Source: Zancudomyces culisetae HAW-14-8
Taxonomy: Eukaryota; Fungi; Kickxellomycota
DNA: 64,000 bases
Reading direction: 5' to 3'
Assembly: GCA_052426225.1 (NCBI GenBank)
Contig: JBNJNM010000012.1
Span: forward strand, 2,108,001 to 2,172,000
Program-made: the position numbers and the translations under genes
The notes under the pieces: generated by a model
What the model saw: the letters and a program-made list of their open reading frames with translations, nothing else
Told to the model about the DNA's origin: nothing
The model's database searches: none
Shown: positions 12,755 to 25,009 of the stretch, piece by piece
Numbering within the stretch: position 1 is the stretch's first letter
How the letters are laid out: each line of letters begins with the position of its first letter

Positions 12755-15309
12755 ATGGGGAGATTATCCACGGAAGGGAGATATGAGAACAAAAGAAAAA
12801 ACGGTAAGATTGATAGTAGCCTTGTTATCAAACCAGAAATATAACAATTTGTACATTAAAAAAATAGAAGATGAGGTGCTACCTAATAGAATAAAGCACA
12901 GGAGATTAAAGCTGCGTAACGACAGTGGAAGTAGTGAACATATAAAAGATACAAATGAGGAGCATAAAGAAGGGCAAAATGAGGATAGCAGACCCGCTGA
13001 GCATAGAGTTGGTAGAACTGTGCGAAGGATAAAAATAAAAAGGAACACGGGTAAAGAGGGATATGAGGTTGTTAATGGGAAGATTCAAGATGAAATAGAT
13101 ACTCAGGAACAGGGTTCACTAGATAAAAACAAGAATAAAATAAACGAGAAGGTAGATCTAGAGGATGTTGGGAAGCATGGAGGAGAAGAAAATAAAGGAA
13201 AGGGAGGAAAACCCCAAACCCAAACCCAAACCCAAACGATTAAAATTCGATTTACGAACCTGAATGCAGGCAAAGAAGTGGCTAAAGCCTCAGTTTCCCA
13301 TGAAGAAGAGCGCTCAAAAATAGAGGAGAGTAACGAAGTCGATGAGGAAAAGGATGCGAAAATACAAATAGAAACACCCAAGCGACGCAAGGGGCGGCCA
13401 CCAAAAATCAAACGTAAAAAGGAGATGGAAAGGCAACATCACGAATCCGATAGCACGTTGGGAGATGGGAGTGTCAAGGATGTAGGTAGTGAGGTTGGGC
13501 TGAGCCAAATCGGCAGTGAACTTGGGGAGGGGGACTATTACGCCGGAACTGAGAATATGGGATCTTATAATAAAAACGAAGAGCCCGGGGAACTCCCACG
13601 ACCGAGAGGTATCCAAAGGAATTTGCGTAAACAGTATGATTTAAATGGCGATCTGGAAAAAGAAGAGGAATGGGATGAAGATGGGGAAAAGAAAATAGAC
13701 AAAAAGGGTAATTTGTTGGGAGGTCGTGAATATATTATTCCAACGTTCAAGTTACCAACAAGAAGGGATCCAGAAAAGGTGTATATGTTAGCAGCACATG
13801 TCTGTAGGCTGGCAGGGTTACGTGACTTGGCACAGATGGTGCGCACATACCCCATGCTTACAAAATATGAAGCGACACCAGAAGAACGAGAGATACTTCT
13901 GGCAGACGGATGGATTTATCACACCATGAAAAACAGAACAATCGGGCTTGTTGAAGCCAGGAGTTTGTTTAGAACACTGGGGTCGCTTGCAGTCAAGAAT
14001 GGTAGATACATTACCGACGATTATTGGGAAAAGCAAAAGCGTGAGGAGGCAGCGATGGAGGAGGGCGCCTTGGTAAACACCGGTGGGTTCGAAATTCGGC
14101 GCTTCAATGCTGCTGGTAATTTTGTAGGTGGAACCGTAGGAACACCCACTCCAGGGTTGCTTTCCCCTCCAGTTCGACAGAAATCGAGATTCATTCCGTT
14201 GTCCAAGATGAAAGAGACCAATAAAAGCATCAAAACTCTACAGGCTTTGGTTGAGAGGCAGCCTCTGGTATCGCTAATAGACTGGCCACCCACTGAAAAG
14301 TTTGATTCACTGAAACCGTTGAATACCGAATCCGTTTCAGAACTTGTAAAAGATATTTTTGAAGACTTTAGAAAATCAATGGCTGATGTTGCGGTGATAG
14401 GCGATATTTGTAGGCAACCGATTGGTGTAGCAGCACGAGCAGTGCCTTTAGCCATTCCTTTTGAAAGCCGCGACTCACCCGCATATTTGGAAAGTGCCAA
14501 AATAGCAGCAGCCCAAACATTGACTCTTAATAAGGAACTTTTATCTCTTCGATATGCCACCAAATCAATTTGGTACGATACCCATACAAACACAATCCAA
14601 TTACCCGCAGATTTTCAACCAAAATCAATTAGGGTTTTGCCAGTAGACGGCAACAACAATTATGATGGTGATGATGATGATGATGATGATGATGCAAACT
14701 CGTCTAGCACTAACCGTGTAGTTTTTGAGAGGGATAGTGTATCATCATCATCAAAGTCTGAAATAAAGGTAAAGTATGATTTTAACGAGTCATTTTGTAA
14801 CATCAAGGATATCGAAATCGTAAAACAAGATTTAAACACCCTTGAATTTCCTCCCAGCTACACTTCGGATGACAATCTGTTTGTTTCCCGTGACTCTGAA
14901 ATAAATCGGTTCCCTCTATCCACCTCCAAAGGACAGTACTTTACAAACACATCGCTGTATTCTCTCCGCTTCGGGCTGGATTCCGAACTATCTAATAAAC
15001 TGCACACTTTAAATGCGCTAAGATTAAAGTTTAAATCGCTTTTACCCGTACCACCGCCTCACCAACACCAACACCAACACCAACAACACCAACAACAACA
15101 ACACCAACAACAACAACAATATTCACACATGTATCCATATGCACAACATAAACTCCATCTTCTTTCTTCTCACCCCAATCCTCATTCTAACCCTCCCCCT
15201 CAGAACCACCCTTCATCCTTGTTGTCCCATCACCTTACTTCGTCTCTTAGACCGTCTGTTTCCTCCGCCAGTCTAGCTCCATTACCACTCCTCCAACAAC
15301 AACCTGTTT

Positions 15310-15340
<31 letters not shown>

Positions 15341-15647
15341 GCAACAACAGCAACAATTCTTGTATCCGCAACAACAGCATCACCCGCCCGCCCTTCCTAC
15401 CACCAGGTCTCTCAATAAGCATTTATCCAACGCAAGTAGCTCCACCATCAATACTCCTACTGCCACCAGCAATGTGATTTCGTCGACTGTCTCGTCTACA
15501 GCAACCACAACACACCACAACACGCCAACCCATCTCAACCAGCCCCATGCATATCCAAATTTGGTTTCCAGGCAATTGGTTCCCAATTTTCTGGTGACAC
15601 CAAACTATACCTTTCAAAACAGCAACCCTGCGAACTCTTCCCGCTGA
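12755..15647 (+). CDS. RSC/SWI-SNF chromatin-remodelling subunit, Rsc7/Npl6/Swp82 family
   Basis: Domain DEDGEKKIDKKGNLLGGREY...FKLPTRRD..KVYMLA...ARSLFRTLGSLAVKNGRYITDDYWE, an AT-hook (KRRKGRPPK) and a poly-Q/H tail. The start is either ATG 12783 or ATG 12755 with a phase-1 intron at 12804-12868. Confidence 0.85.
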
Positions 15648-16319
15648 TTTATTTTTTTTCTCGCTCGGTTCTCTTTTTTACCCAGCGACCTGTATATGCC
15701 TAAAAGCTTTTAATCGTTTCCCTATTATTCTTTGTGATTCACTCGTTTTTTTTTTCTTCAAAGTTTCATCTTTTCTCTTGTATTAAGGGAAAGGGTATGA
15801 AAATAAGATCTAATGACTGAATCGGTGTTATATATTTCATTGCATTTTTCTTTGCCTTCTAAAACTACAGATATTCCAATGTTAGTAATTTATTTAGCTT
15901 ATTTTTTTTTGTCTTGGTTTTCTTTTTAATATATACCATTGACATTTCTCACAAACTCTGTGTCATCTAGCAATGATATTACGCTCCTCACAGCTTCAAG
16001 ATCAAAAAAAAAATCCCCAAATGATCAACCAATGGTTATGGGAGTGTGGTATTTTGTTCATGCTTGAGTACTTTTTCCATCTCGAGATCTCATTCGTTTA
16101 TTTAAACACAATACTCAGCTTTGATGTATAGTGTTAATGTAAAAAAAATAAGGAATTTATATATGTTATAATACAAGTCCAAACTCGACTAAAAAAGCAC
16201 TAGATTCAATAACATGAATGAGGGAAGGGCGAGAGAAAAAGAGAGAAAAGGAGAGAAAAAGAGAGAAAAAGAAAAAGAAAAAGCAAACACTCTACAAAAT
16301 TTAAGGCAAGAAATAATAT

Positions 16320-18590
16320 TTAACCCCCAAGGATCGCATTCAGAAACTCAGGAACGGATTTGCCCAACCAGGACTTTGCGTACTTGGTTGACATATTTTC
16401 AAAAAACCCAACATGTCCACCATATGATGTCAAAACTAGGATCAAATACTTGTTGTTTTCAAATTCAGAAATCGGAACCACCATGTCGTATGGACATATT
16501 GGGTCATCGCGCGAATTAATGCATAGTAGAGGAATTTTTACGTGTTTCAGGTAGTGATAGCAGCTTGATTCGTAATAGTATTCTGTTGGAGTTTGGTATC
16601 CCAGCATTTTTGTGGTAAAGTTTTGGTCGAATTCTCGTATCGATTTGGATTTTATTATCTTTTGATAATCGTAGAGTTGATTGTTTGAGTCATCACCCTT
16701 CGTTTTGCTATTGTTATTTGTATGGGTATTAGCGCTGCTAGAGTTGTCACTGCTGGAATTACTGGAATTACTGGAATTACTGGAATTGCTGGGATTGTTG
16801 GTTTTACTTTCAGTCCTAACTCCAGAGTCAAACGTAGCTCTCCTTTTGCGTTCTAGCGAGTCAGCACTATTATGGTTTTCGTTAATTCGAATATCAACTT
16901 CACCACTGCTTTTTGCTCTACTTTTACCGACATTTCCATCGTCGACCCCATTAACGGTATCGGTATTACACGAGTTATAATTGCTAGCATTTTTATTGCT
17001 TTTATTTTTGGCAAACCAGCCAGATTCGTAACTCCAATCAACCATATCATCCATTTCATTGCTTTCAACTGTTTCACTTTCAAACTGATGATAGTGGAGA
17101 CTAAAAGTGTTCTGGAGCCCCTTCAATATATGTGGCTGGTAAATATACCGATTTAAAAGTGTGGGTTTTTCGATATGTTCGGACGTCTTGAGTCCATTAA
17201 ATGGATTGCTTATAGAAACTGCGCAGCTTAGTTTGCACATCTCTTGTTCTTCTCCGATATACTTTATGAGCATGTTTGCACCCAGCGAAAACCCGATTCC
17301 ACATAACTGTGCTTTCGGATACCTCTTTGCGATCACATTGTTAATTATATATCTAACATCTGCAGTATGCCCTGCGTTATGCAGCATTGGGGTAGTTATT
17401 ATTGTTTTTCTTCCACACCCCCTATTGTTCACAACAACAACGCGATATGGATCAGGTTCGCTCACCAACTTTTTCGCCAGTAGCCTTACATAAAGTTCAT
17501 GACTTCCACCAGATATTCCATGTAATATAATTGCGATGGGTCTTTCACAATCTTCATTACTTTTCTCATCGGCTTCTATGTTGTGTTCTTGACTACTGCT
17601 TTGTGTCTCGTTAGAGTATTTTCTATTTTTTTTCCCCTTGTCTGAGCAGTTGTCATGGGTATTAGATTTTTCTGGATCTATAACCCAGTCAATATACACA
17701 GTTCCTCCATCATCCACTATAATGGTCTCGCGGTCGTACTGTACATCGGAATCTGCTGTAATTCGCTTGGAAACATACGAATTAAATAGTGTTTGGATGT
17801 CACCACTTTGCATTATCTTTGAAGGAGTGAATTTACTCACGTTTCCCTGTTTATCAAATAGCGATGGACATTTTGATAGTAGAAGTTGGTGTAAGTTGGC
17901 TTCTTCATACTCGTTATCAATCAAAGTTTCCATCTCACTACTCTCTATTCCATCGTTGTTGCTACTTTCGTCTAGTTTATCGCACCCAGAGCCGATTTCT
18001 GATATACTTGACTCTGGACTTGCGGGTACTACACATAGGTCATCTTTGTTATATTTTCCGGTAACATATGTATCTAAACTTTCACTTTTCTTGTGGTTCA
18101 TGAAGTCTGACCGGTTACATTTTACATCTAAACTTGAGACTAACGAATTTGACGGGCATACAGCGGATAATATCTCAGAATTCGATACAGAATTATCAAG
18201 AACAATTCCTGTGCTGGTAGTATTTACAGATTCTGTCATGATTTCACTACTATTGCTACTACTACTACTACTACTACTACTACTATCACCTTCCGTATAA
18301 GAATCGTTATTGGTATCTTGACTAGTCTCTGCGAGTATTGTCAAATCGTCACTGTCTTTTGTACTACTCAATGTAAAGCTTAACTCTCTTGTAGCAGTAT
18401 AGTTTTTTTCCTCATGTGCGTTCCCCTGGTTACAGGCAGAATTCTTTCTTTTTTTCTTTATGGTAACATTTTCTTTGCTTACAAGTACATATATATTCTT
18501 TTTCTTGTTTCTAGTACAGGAAAATGGATGAATAGTCCGAGGAACTTGGTCGACATGTGGGTCAGCTTGTCTTTTTTTAAGTAGCAACAT
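16320..18590 (-). CDS. Alpha/beta hydrolase family 4 (Eht1/Eeb1/ABHD1-3-like esterase/acyltransferase)
   Basis: Motifs DGGTVYIDW, LHGISGGSHE, NNRGCG, nucleophile elbow GFSLGAN, SRDDPIC and GGHVGFF. The first ATG is at 18590; the ORF track starts at GTG 18608, with an in-frame stop just upstream. Confidence 0.88.
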   Translation of the reverse strand: MLLLKKRQADPHVDQVPRTIHPFSCTRNKKKNIYVLVSKENVTIKKKRKNSACNQGNAHEEKNYTATRELSFTLSSTKDSDDLTILAETSQDTNNDSYTEGDSSSSSSSSSSNSSEIMTESVNTTSTGIVLDNSVSNSEILSAVCPSNSLVSSLDVKCNRSDFMNHKKSESLDTYVTGKYNKDDLCVVPASPESSISEIGSGCDKLDESSNNDGIESSEMETLIDNEYEEANLHQLLLSKCPSLFDKQGNVSKFTPSKIMQSGDIQTLFNSYVSKRITADSDVQYDRETIIVDDGGTVYIDWVIDPEKSNTHDNCSDKGKKNRKYSNETQSSSQEHNIEADEKSNEDCERPIAIILHGISGGSHELYVRLLAKKLVSEPDPYRVVVVNNRGCGRKTIITTPMLHNAGHTADVRYIINNVIAKRYPKAQLCGIGFSLGANMLIKYIGEEQEMCKLSCAVSISNPFNGLKTSEHIEKPTLLNRYIYQPHILKGLQNTFSLHYHQFESETVESNEMDDMVDWSYESGWFAKNKSNKNASNYNSCNTDTVNGVDDGNVGKSRAKSSGEVDIRINENHNSADSLERKRRATFDSGVRTESKTNNPSNSSNSSNSSNSSSDNSSSANTHTNNNSKTKGDDSNNQLYDYQKIIKSKSIREFDQNFTTKMLGYQTPTEYYYESSCYHYLKHVKIPLLCINSRDDPICPYDMVVPISEFENNKYLILVLTSYGGHVGFFENMSTKYAKSWLGKSVPEFLNAILGG

Positions 18591-20898
18591 CCTTGGTTTC
18601 GGTTTCACTTTGTCGCTTTATGTAGTTCTTTTACAGTTTTCTCCAAGAGCCGAATGTTATTATCAGAGCCTCTATCTCGTAAAAGTTATATATCTGCTGT
18701 TTTATATGCACAGCGGTAGGGGGTGATGTATTTGTAGAAACAAGATTTTCTAGCAAAACAATGCTTAACGCTTGCAAAAATAAGGTTTATAGCGCTTCTG
18801 GTTACCAAGGCCTTCTCTCACCTGTTTAACATAAATTACACGTTAAGAGAACGTGGCGTATTCAGAACTAGTGGATCGTTTATATAACAAAAGTCTGTAT
18901 GTGGTCAGACTGAGATCTAAACTTGGCAATAATATAAGTGTCAACCTCTGACCTACGAGCACAGTTCTAATATTTAATGCTAAACTGGTTACCTAAAAAG
19001 TATCACAATGCTTTTCTTTCCTATATTGTGTGTTTTTGGGATGTAGAAGAACGCAGCTGTCTGGGTATACCTTTATTCCGCTAATATTTTTGCTCCCCCT
19101 CCTTTTTTTTGGTTTTATTATTTTGTTTTAATTACACAAGTTATTTTCTTGGCTCCTGGATACCACTCACTTATACTTTGCTTTCTGCCCCCAAAATGCG
19201 ACCTTTTATTTCTTTATAAGTAGAGCGGATATTCTATCTACTTTGTTAGAGCCAAAGCGCGCAATTATGAAGAATATGTTGCAAGTTTGACATCGAAACC
19301 TAAGAGGATCAACAACTTTAAATTTCTGGATAAATGGTTCTCGGCTTTTATGTTTCCACTAATAGAAACACAAAAAATTTTTGTAAAAGTTAATGTTGGG
19401 GTGTTTTATTTGCCATTAAATACCCAAAAAGTGAAATGGAGGAATTTTACTGATTCCAGGTCCTACCAAATTTATATTTGTTAAGGGAAAAAAAAACAGG
19501 GGAAAAATAATAGCTGCCTTGAAGTATAGGCTGGAATATTATACATTACGCTTTTTTTCTTTTTTGTATTTTCAGCACTTCTTGAGGGCAAATAAATGTG
19601 TTGGATCCTGGAAAAAAAGATAACATGCAAACTACCAATAAGCCCAAGCCTTGCCGTTAATTAAAGTTCTAGCATTTGGTCAAGATTCATGCATTCAAAA
19701 TCTGCAGTAATATGCAAGGATTGCTTAGATGTCTTTTTGAACCTGTCTTGTATTTTCATTCGATAGTAGCTCGTATACTCGCTTCTTATTGAGCTAGAGG
19801 GATGCTGGCAAATACACATTACATTTATTCGCTGGCTTCCATAGATTGCTTCAAACAAATATGCCAAAAACTTCCGTGTTTTGAATGGATCCAGTTCCGT
19901 TTTTCTTCCTTATGGATGTTTTGAATGCAATCTGCGCTCCACTTGAGCTCTAGTGTTTTTAGCTTTATGTTGCATCTTTTTTATAGATTACAATCAACAA
20001 AGATTGTCAACATCCTAAATGTGAGAGGAAAAACCAGTCTAAGGCGCATTGGTTTGTAAGCAAACTCTTGATGCGGAAACTAAGCCAAAGTTTCATTTCC
20101 CTAAAGCTTCAGGAGGTTTACTAGCCAATTACATAGCCCCGGGTTTTTTATTACGAAATGACATCACAACATTATATTTTTATAGTAAAGAAAAAGCAAA
20201 TAAAAAAAGCATTAAATTAATAGATGAGCACAGATAGAAAGGAGGTAGATATTGGGAGATGGATGATAGAGAGCATGGGAAAAGCGGTATAAGGGGTATG
20301 CACCAAAATTGCGCATAAAAAACAGGCTTTAATATCAATTGTTTCAAGATAGTCCTCCCATTGTGGAAGATGTTTACAAACATGAATATGTACACGATGT
20401 GGACACTAGAGCCTGAAGATAAAGAGGGGAGGGGGGGGTATTTTCTGATACAGTAGTGTAATAAGCCTTGATGGTGTGTGTTTGTTTCTCAACATTTACA
20501 CAAAATAAGAAGCTAATACAGCCATGGCTACGTACTTTGATTGTTCTAGATGTTATTTTTATTTCATTGTGCTTTTAACACCAAAAAGTTCCACTATTCT
20601 GTGAGCTTTCATTGAAATATTGCATTAAAAATATAATAATCCAAGGGTTGCCAAAGGATTCTCTTGGTGCAAAACAAGTCCACACTTCAAAAACTTTTGT
20701 TTTTTTGAATCAGACGAAGAACAGGGAGGTGGGAAATGGAGTCTTGTTATTTGAAAAATATATCCTAGCATCAAGTGGCTTAGAGTGGTAAAGCGGAAGA
20801 TGTATTGGTGGAGAATAAATATATTATGAGCGTGTCCCTAGTCCTAATATTCATCATAGCGGATCATGTTCACAATTCCTATTTGTAGTCGTAAATCA

Positions 20899-20934
20899 GC
20901 GATCAAAAATTTTTGCTAAAAAAAATTTTTTTTG
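20899..20934. promoter_or_regulatory. RRPE-like A/T palindromes upstream of NOP4
   Basis: CAAAAATTTTTG and a longer A-run/T-run palindrome lie 65-100 bp upstream of a ribosome-biogenesis gene. A similar element lies upstream of RPB8 (~23509-23526). The AT-rich background weakens this call. Confidence 0.35.
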
Positions 20935-21000
20935 TGGTAAAAACATAAGCAAAGAAAAAAACAGCTTGGTGAAGGTTAGTGTGGTATATACAAAGAAAAA

Positions 21001-23376
21001 ATGAACAAACAGGACATGATTCAATCAAAACTCGATGAATCGACACAGAATAGTGCGGAAAATGGTGCAGTAGAAGTAAAAGGAGACAAAGATATCAAGC
21101 AAAATTCGGAGAGCCGGAGAGTGCTCTTTGTTAGAGGAATTCCGTTGGATGTAGAGGACAAAGAGTTGGAGGCGTTTTTCAGTGAGGCAGGGCCAATCAA
21201 GAAGTGTTTTATAGTAAGAGAAAAGGCACTTCGTGAACAGGAGACGGATGATATCTCAAAAAATAAGGCAGATATGGAATTAGATGAAGCAGCTAGCGGT
21301 GATAGTGATTCAGAAAGCATTGAAAGACTGAAAAAACTACAGAATCAAAAGAAAATGAGATTAAAGAAAAAGGAAGAGTCTGGGGAAAAGGAAGAAACTT
21401 TAAGAAAAAGTAAAGGATTTGGTTTTATTCATTTTGTGTTGGAAGAAGATGCACAAAGGGCGGTAAGAGAATATGGCTCCAGACCTTTTAGAGGAACAAC
21501 ATACTTAAAAGTGGAGCTTGCGCTCCGTAAAGGTGAAAGCATCATCACAGAAAAGATAAAGACGAATATAAAGGCTAGAGTGGATAAAAAAAAGGCAAAG
21601 GCAGAGGAGAAAAATAAAAAAAGCTTCGATTCTAAAAAGAAGCATTCAGAAAAACTCAATACAGTTATTATCAAGGGAATAAAAGCAGGAATAAGTGAAA
21701 AGGAACTAAGACACAAGGTTAGAAAGGCAGGAGAGGTACAACAAATACTATACAAGCCATTTGACAACAGTAAAGAGGGAAATGATGTAAAAGATGCCAA
21801 AGCCAAAAAGGGCGAGGCTGTTGTAGTGTACAGTGATAATAGACATGCTAAGAGGGCGATCGAAATGTTTAATAACCATGTATATAAAGGGGAGGTGATC
21901 ACTATAGAACTCAAGAAGCCTGAAAACAATAAAAATGCGAGATTGATTATAAGAAATCTTCCATTTAAATTTAGAGAAAAAGATATCCTACGAGAGTTTG
22001 GTAGATATGGAAAGGTAGAGCATGTCGACTTGGGGAGAAAATATGTCGGTGGGCCTCTAAAGGGATATGCTTTTGTTCAAATGGACGGCGTTGAAGCGGC
22101 AAAGGCTGCACTGGAGAATATTAACGGTAAAGAATACTTGGAAAGGGTGGTTGCGGTAGATTGGGCGATTCCTAAAGATGAATTTGAAAAAATCAAAAAT
22201 GAAAGCAGTGTAAATGACAACAACGATGAAGAAGACGAAGAGAAAGACGAAGATGAGGAGGATGGTGAAGAGGACCAAGAGGAAGGAAGTGAAGAAGAAG
22301 ATGAAGAAGAAGAGAAGGAAGAGGAGAAGGAAAATCAGCGAGATGATGATGCAGAGATACAAAAGAGTACTCTATTTATAAAGAATGTATCATATACTAC
22401 TGAAGAGGACGAGTTATATGAAAAGTTTAGGGAGTTTGGAAAAATAAGATATGTTAGATTGGTTGTCGATAGAATAACTAACAAACCAAGAGGAACAGCT
22501 TTTGTAAGCTTTTGGGATTTACAGGACGCCAAAAACTGCTACGAAGCCGCCAAAAAAGCATTCGAAATAACCCAAAAAAGCACTGGTGATGTTGCTCAAA
22601 ACAATGCTGAGAACTCAGTTTTGATAACTGAAGCACCCAAGTCGTTGGAGCCAGTGTCCAAATTTGTTGTTGGTAATAGACAGTTGATGGTGGAGTGGGC
22701 TGTTAGCAGAGAGCAAGCTCAGGAAATCCAAGAAAAAAGAGCCGCCACTAACATCGATAAAAGGAATCTATACCTGCTAAAGGAAGGTGTCATTTTCCCT
22801 TCAGAGTCAGGCGAAAACCAATCAGACATTTCTCCTGAGTTGTTGGACACGAATCTAAAAAACTATGGCAAACGAAAAGCCCAACTTACAAAGAATCCAA
22901 ATCTTTTTGTTTCAAAAACCAGACTCTGCATTCGCAATATCCCCCCAAGCGCATCACAACAATCTCTAAAACAAGTTGCTATGTCGTCAATTGACAAGTT
23001 TAAGGCAAATGTTCGGGCTGGAAAGGTTTTGGATCTTACCTCAGAGGAAAAAATCACCGGGAACTGGTCCAAAAGACCAAAGATTGTACAAGCCAAGCTT
23101 ATTTTATCAAGCAAATCCAAGCCTGGATATGCCTTTGTTGAATTTGCTGAGCACTCTCATGCTCTTGCTTGTCTACGCTATCTGAATTTCCTCCCCACTA
23201 AGCTGGCCTTCAACACCGATTCCTCTTCAAGCAAAATGTTGTTTGTTGAGTTTGCAATCGAAAACAACTTGATTTTGTTGAAACGTAAACGTCGAATCAC
23301 CGCTGCCTCTGAACCATCCACAGACGAGAACCGTATCCCTTTGTCTGAAGCCCCTCGTAAAAGATTTAAGCGATAG
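21001..23376 (+). CDS. NOP4: Nucleolar 4-RRM ribosome biogenesis protein Nop4/RBM28
   Basis: Four RRMs (KGFGFIHF, KGYAFVQM, RGTAFVSF, GYAFVEF), an acidic tract between RRMs, and the Nop4-typical DKRNLYLLKEG, NPNLFVSKTRLCIRNIP and VEFAIEN. Confidence 0.93.
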   Translation: MNKQDMIQSKLDESTQNSAENGAVEVKGDKDIKQNSESRRVLFVRGIPLDVEDKELEAFFSEAGPIKKCFIVREKALREQETDDISKNKADMELDEAASGDSDSESIERLKKLQNQKKMRLKKKEESGEKEETLRKSKGFGFIHFVLEEDAQRAVREYGSRPFRGTTYLKVELALRKGESIITEKIKTNIKARVDKKKAKAEEKNKKSFDSKKKHSEKLNTVIIKGIKAGISEKELRHKVRKAGEVQQILYKPFDNSKEGNDVKDAKAKKGEAVVVYSDNRHAKRAIEMFNNHVYKGEVITIELKKPENNKNARLIIRNLPFKFREKDILREFGRYGKVEHVDLGRKYVGGPLKGYAFVQMDGVEAAKAALENINGKEYLERVVAVDWAIPKDEFEKIKNESSVNDNNDEEDEEKDEDEEDGEEDQEEGSEEEDEEEEKEEEKENQRDDDAEIQKSTLFIKNVSYTTEEDELYEKFREFGKIRYVRLVVDRITNKPRGTAFVSFWDLQDAKNCYEAAKKAFEITQKSTGDVAQNNAENSVLITEAPKSLEPVSKFVVGNRQLMVEWAVSREQAQEIQEKRAATNIDKRNLYLLKEGVIFPSESGENQSDISPELLDTNLKNYGKRKAQLTKNPNLFVSKTRLCIRNIPPSASQQSLKQVAMSSIDKFKANVRAGKVLDLTSEEKITGNWSKRPKIVQAKLILSSKSKPGYAFVEFAEHSHALACLRYLNFLPTKLAFNTDSSSSKMLFVEFAIENNLILLKRKRRITAASEPSTDENRIPLSEAPRKRFKR

Positions 23377-23731
23377 ACATTTATTTTTTTTTCAGTTTTC
23401 TTTATTCTACCTTTACAACCAACAGCCTCTTACATCTCAGAGCTTCCTCCAATTTGGTTTTTTATTTTTTGTGGCCAAATCGTAACTATGTTAGTATAAT
23501 TAATAGCCAAAAAAAAATTTTTTTTAGTGTTTTTTTTTTTTCATTCGTGTTCTGCAATTCAAGAAAATAATCGCTGATTTATTGTGGTGCAAATAAAAAA
23601 CCATGTTGTTGACCTGAAAAACACTTTCATCTAGTTAGCTGCCTTTTCTGTTTGTTTTAACTCGATCCTTATTCCTTATTCAATCTTGCTTTTCAATTGC
23701 AAATAACAACAAGCTTTAAATAGCCTCAAAA

Positions 23732-24581
23732 ATGGAGAAAAACGATAACATTTTATTTTCCGATATATTCGAGGTAAAGGATGTAGACAAGGACGGAAAA
23801 AAGTTTGATAGAGGTAAGATTTGCATATTTTAATTGGATTTAGCCAAATACCACTGCTCCTGTCCCTTCTTCATTTTCACTACCTCTCAATACGCTGTTG
23901 ATTTAAACATTATCAATTGTGCTCAGAAGAGTAATTAGTGATGTATCTAATGGGCAATGAATAAAAAAAGAGGCCAAGTTCTGTAAACTAATTCTGGAAA
24001 CTTTCCTTATTTATAGTATCTAGGATCGATGCCAGATCTGACAACTACGATATGGAGCTGACTCTCGATATAAACTCTGAACTTTATTCGTTGGGATACG
24101 GTGACAAATTTACCCTTTTGCTGGCCAGTACTCTCACACTTCCCTCTGCAGCATCCAACACTGCTTCATCCTACATGGGCTCAAAATCCAGCGGTACTAT
24201 CGCGGGTTCTTCAGGAATTGCATCCAATGCCGGAGCTAACAAGGCTGATGCTATGAACTGGAGAGCCATTGTCAATAATACAGTTCGGTCCATAGCCGAT
24301 GATTTTGAGTATGTCATGTATGGTAAAATTTACCGTTATGACGATTCTGCAGGTACAAAAGTGTAAGCATCCCTTTTCACTATCTCTTTTTTCCCTTTTT
24401 TGGATAGTTTTTTCTTCGTTTATATAATGTATAGTATTAACTAAACCATATTTTCGTTTGTACAAAAAACAGATCAGCCTTGGCATCTTTCGGCGGTCTG
24501 CAAATGCTACTAGAAGGCGATTACCGTCACCTACAAAATCTTCTTGTTGGAGAAAACATATATCTACTTGTAAAGAAATAA
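23732..24581 (+). CDS. RPB8: RNA polymerase I/II/III shared subunit RPABC3 (3 exons)
   Basis: Exons 23732-23813, 24017-24362, 24473-24581 give ILFSDIFEVKDVDKDGKKFDRVSRI...MELTLDINSELY...ADDFEYVMYGKIYR...ASFGGLQMLLEGD...IYLLVKK. Confidence 0.95.
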
Positions 24582-25009
24582 GAGACATCAGAACTCACAC
24601 CATGCCACAAAGTTTTCCTATATATTTTTGACGCTATTTTGACCCGCTTGCCCATACGCAGCCTCCTACTTTTTTACTTTTTTTTTTAAGTAAAGACTTC
24701 TATGACATACTCTTCTCACTTTTTACATTTCTTGTTTTCTTTTTGTGAATAGTATCAATGTAATATCACAAGTTTTATTATTACAGAATTTCTTTTTAGC
24801 ACTTGCTACTATGGGACAACTAAAGTAAAAGAAAAAACAGCAGTTGAAATAATAAAGACTGCGTATATTTAATATAGCACTAACAGCTCAATAAGCAAGA
24901 GTAGTAGTGCCAATAGTAATGGTAATCTCAGGGTCACCTTCTGGTAACACAAAGAGGTGCGGTTAAACCAGAGATAAAAACCGTACGCCTCTATCCTCTT
25001 GGTGCAGGG

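Noticed and set aside
17638-18300. Long antisense ORFs (also 4576-5067, 14021-14593, 21429-21929, 47234-47833)
   Set aside because: They are shadows of well-supported genes on the opposite strand and have no motifs of their own.
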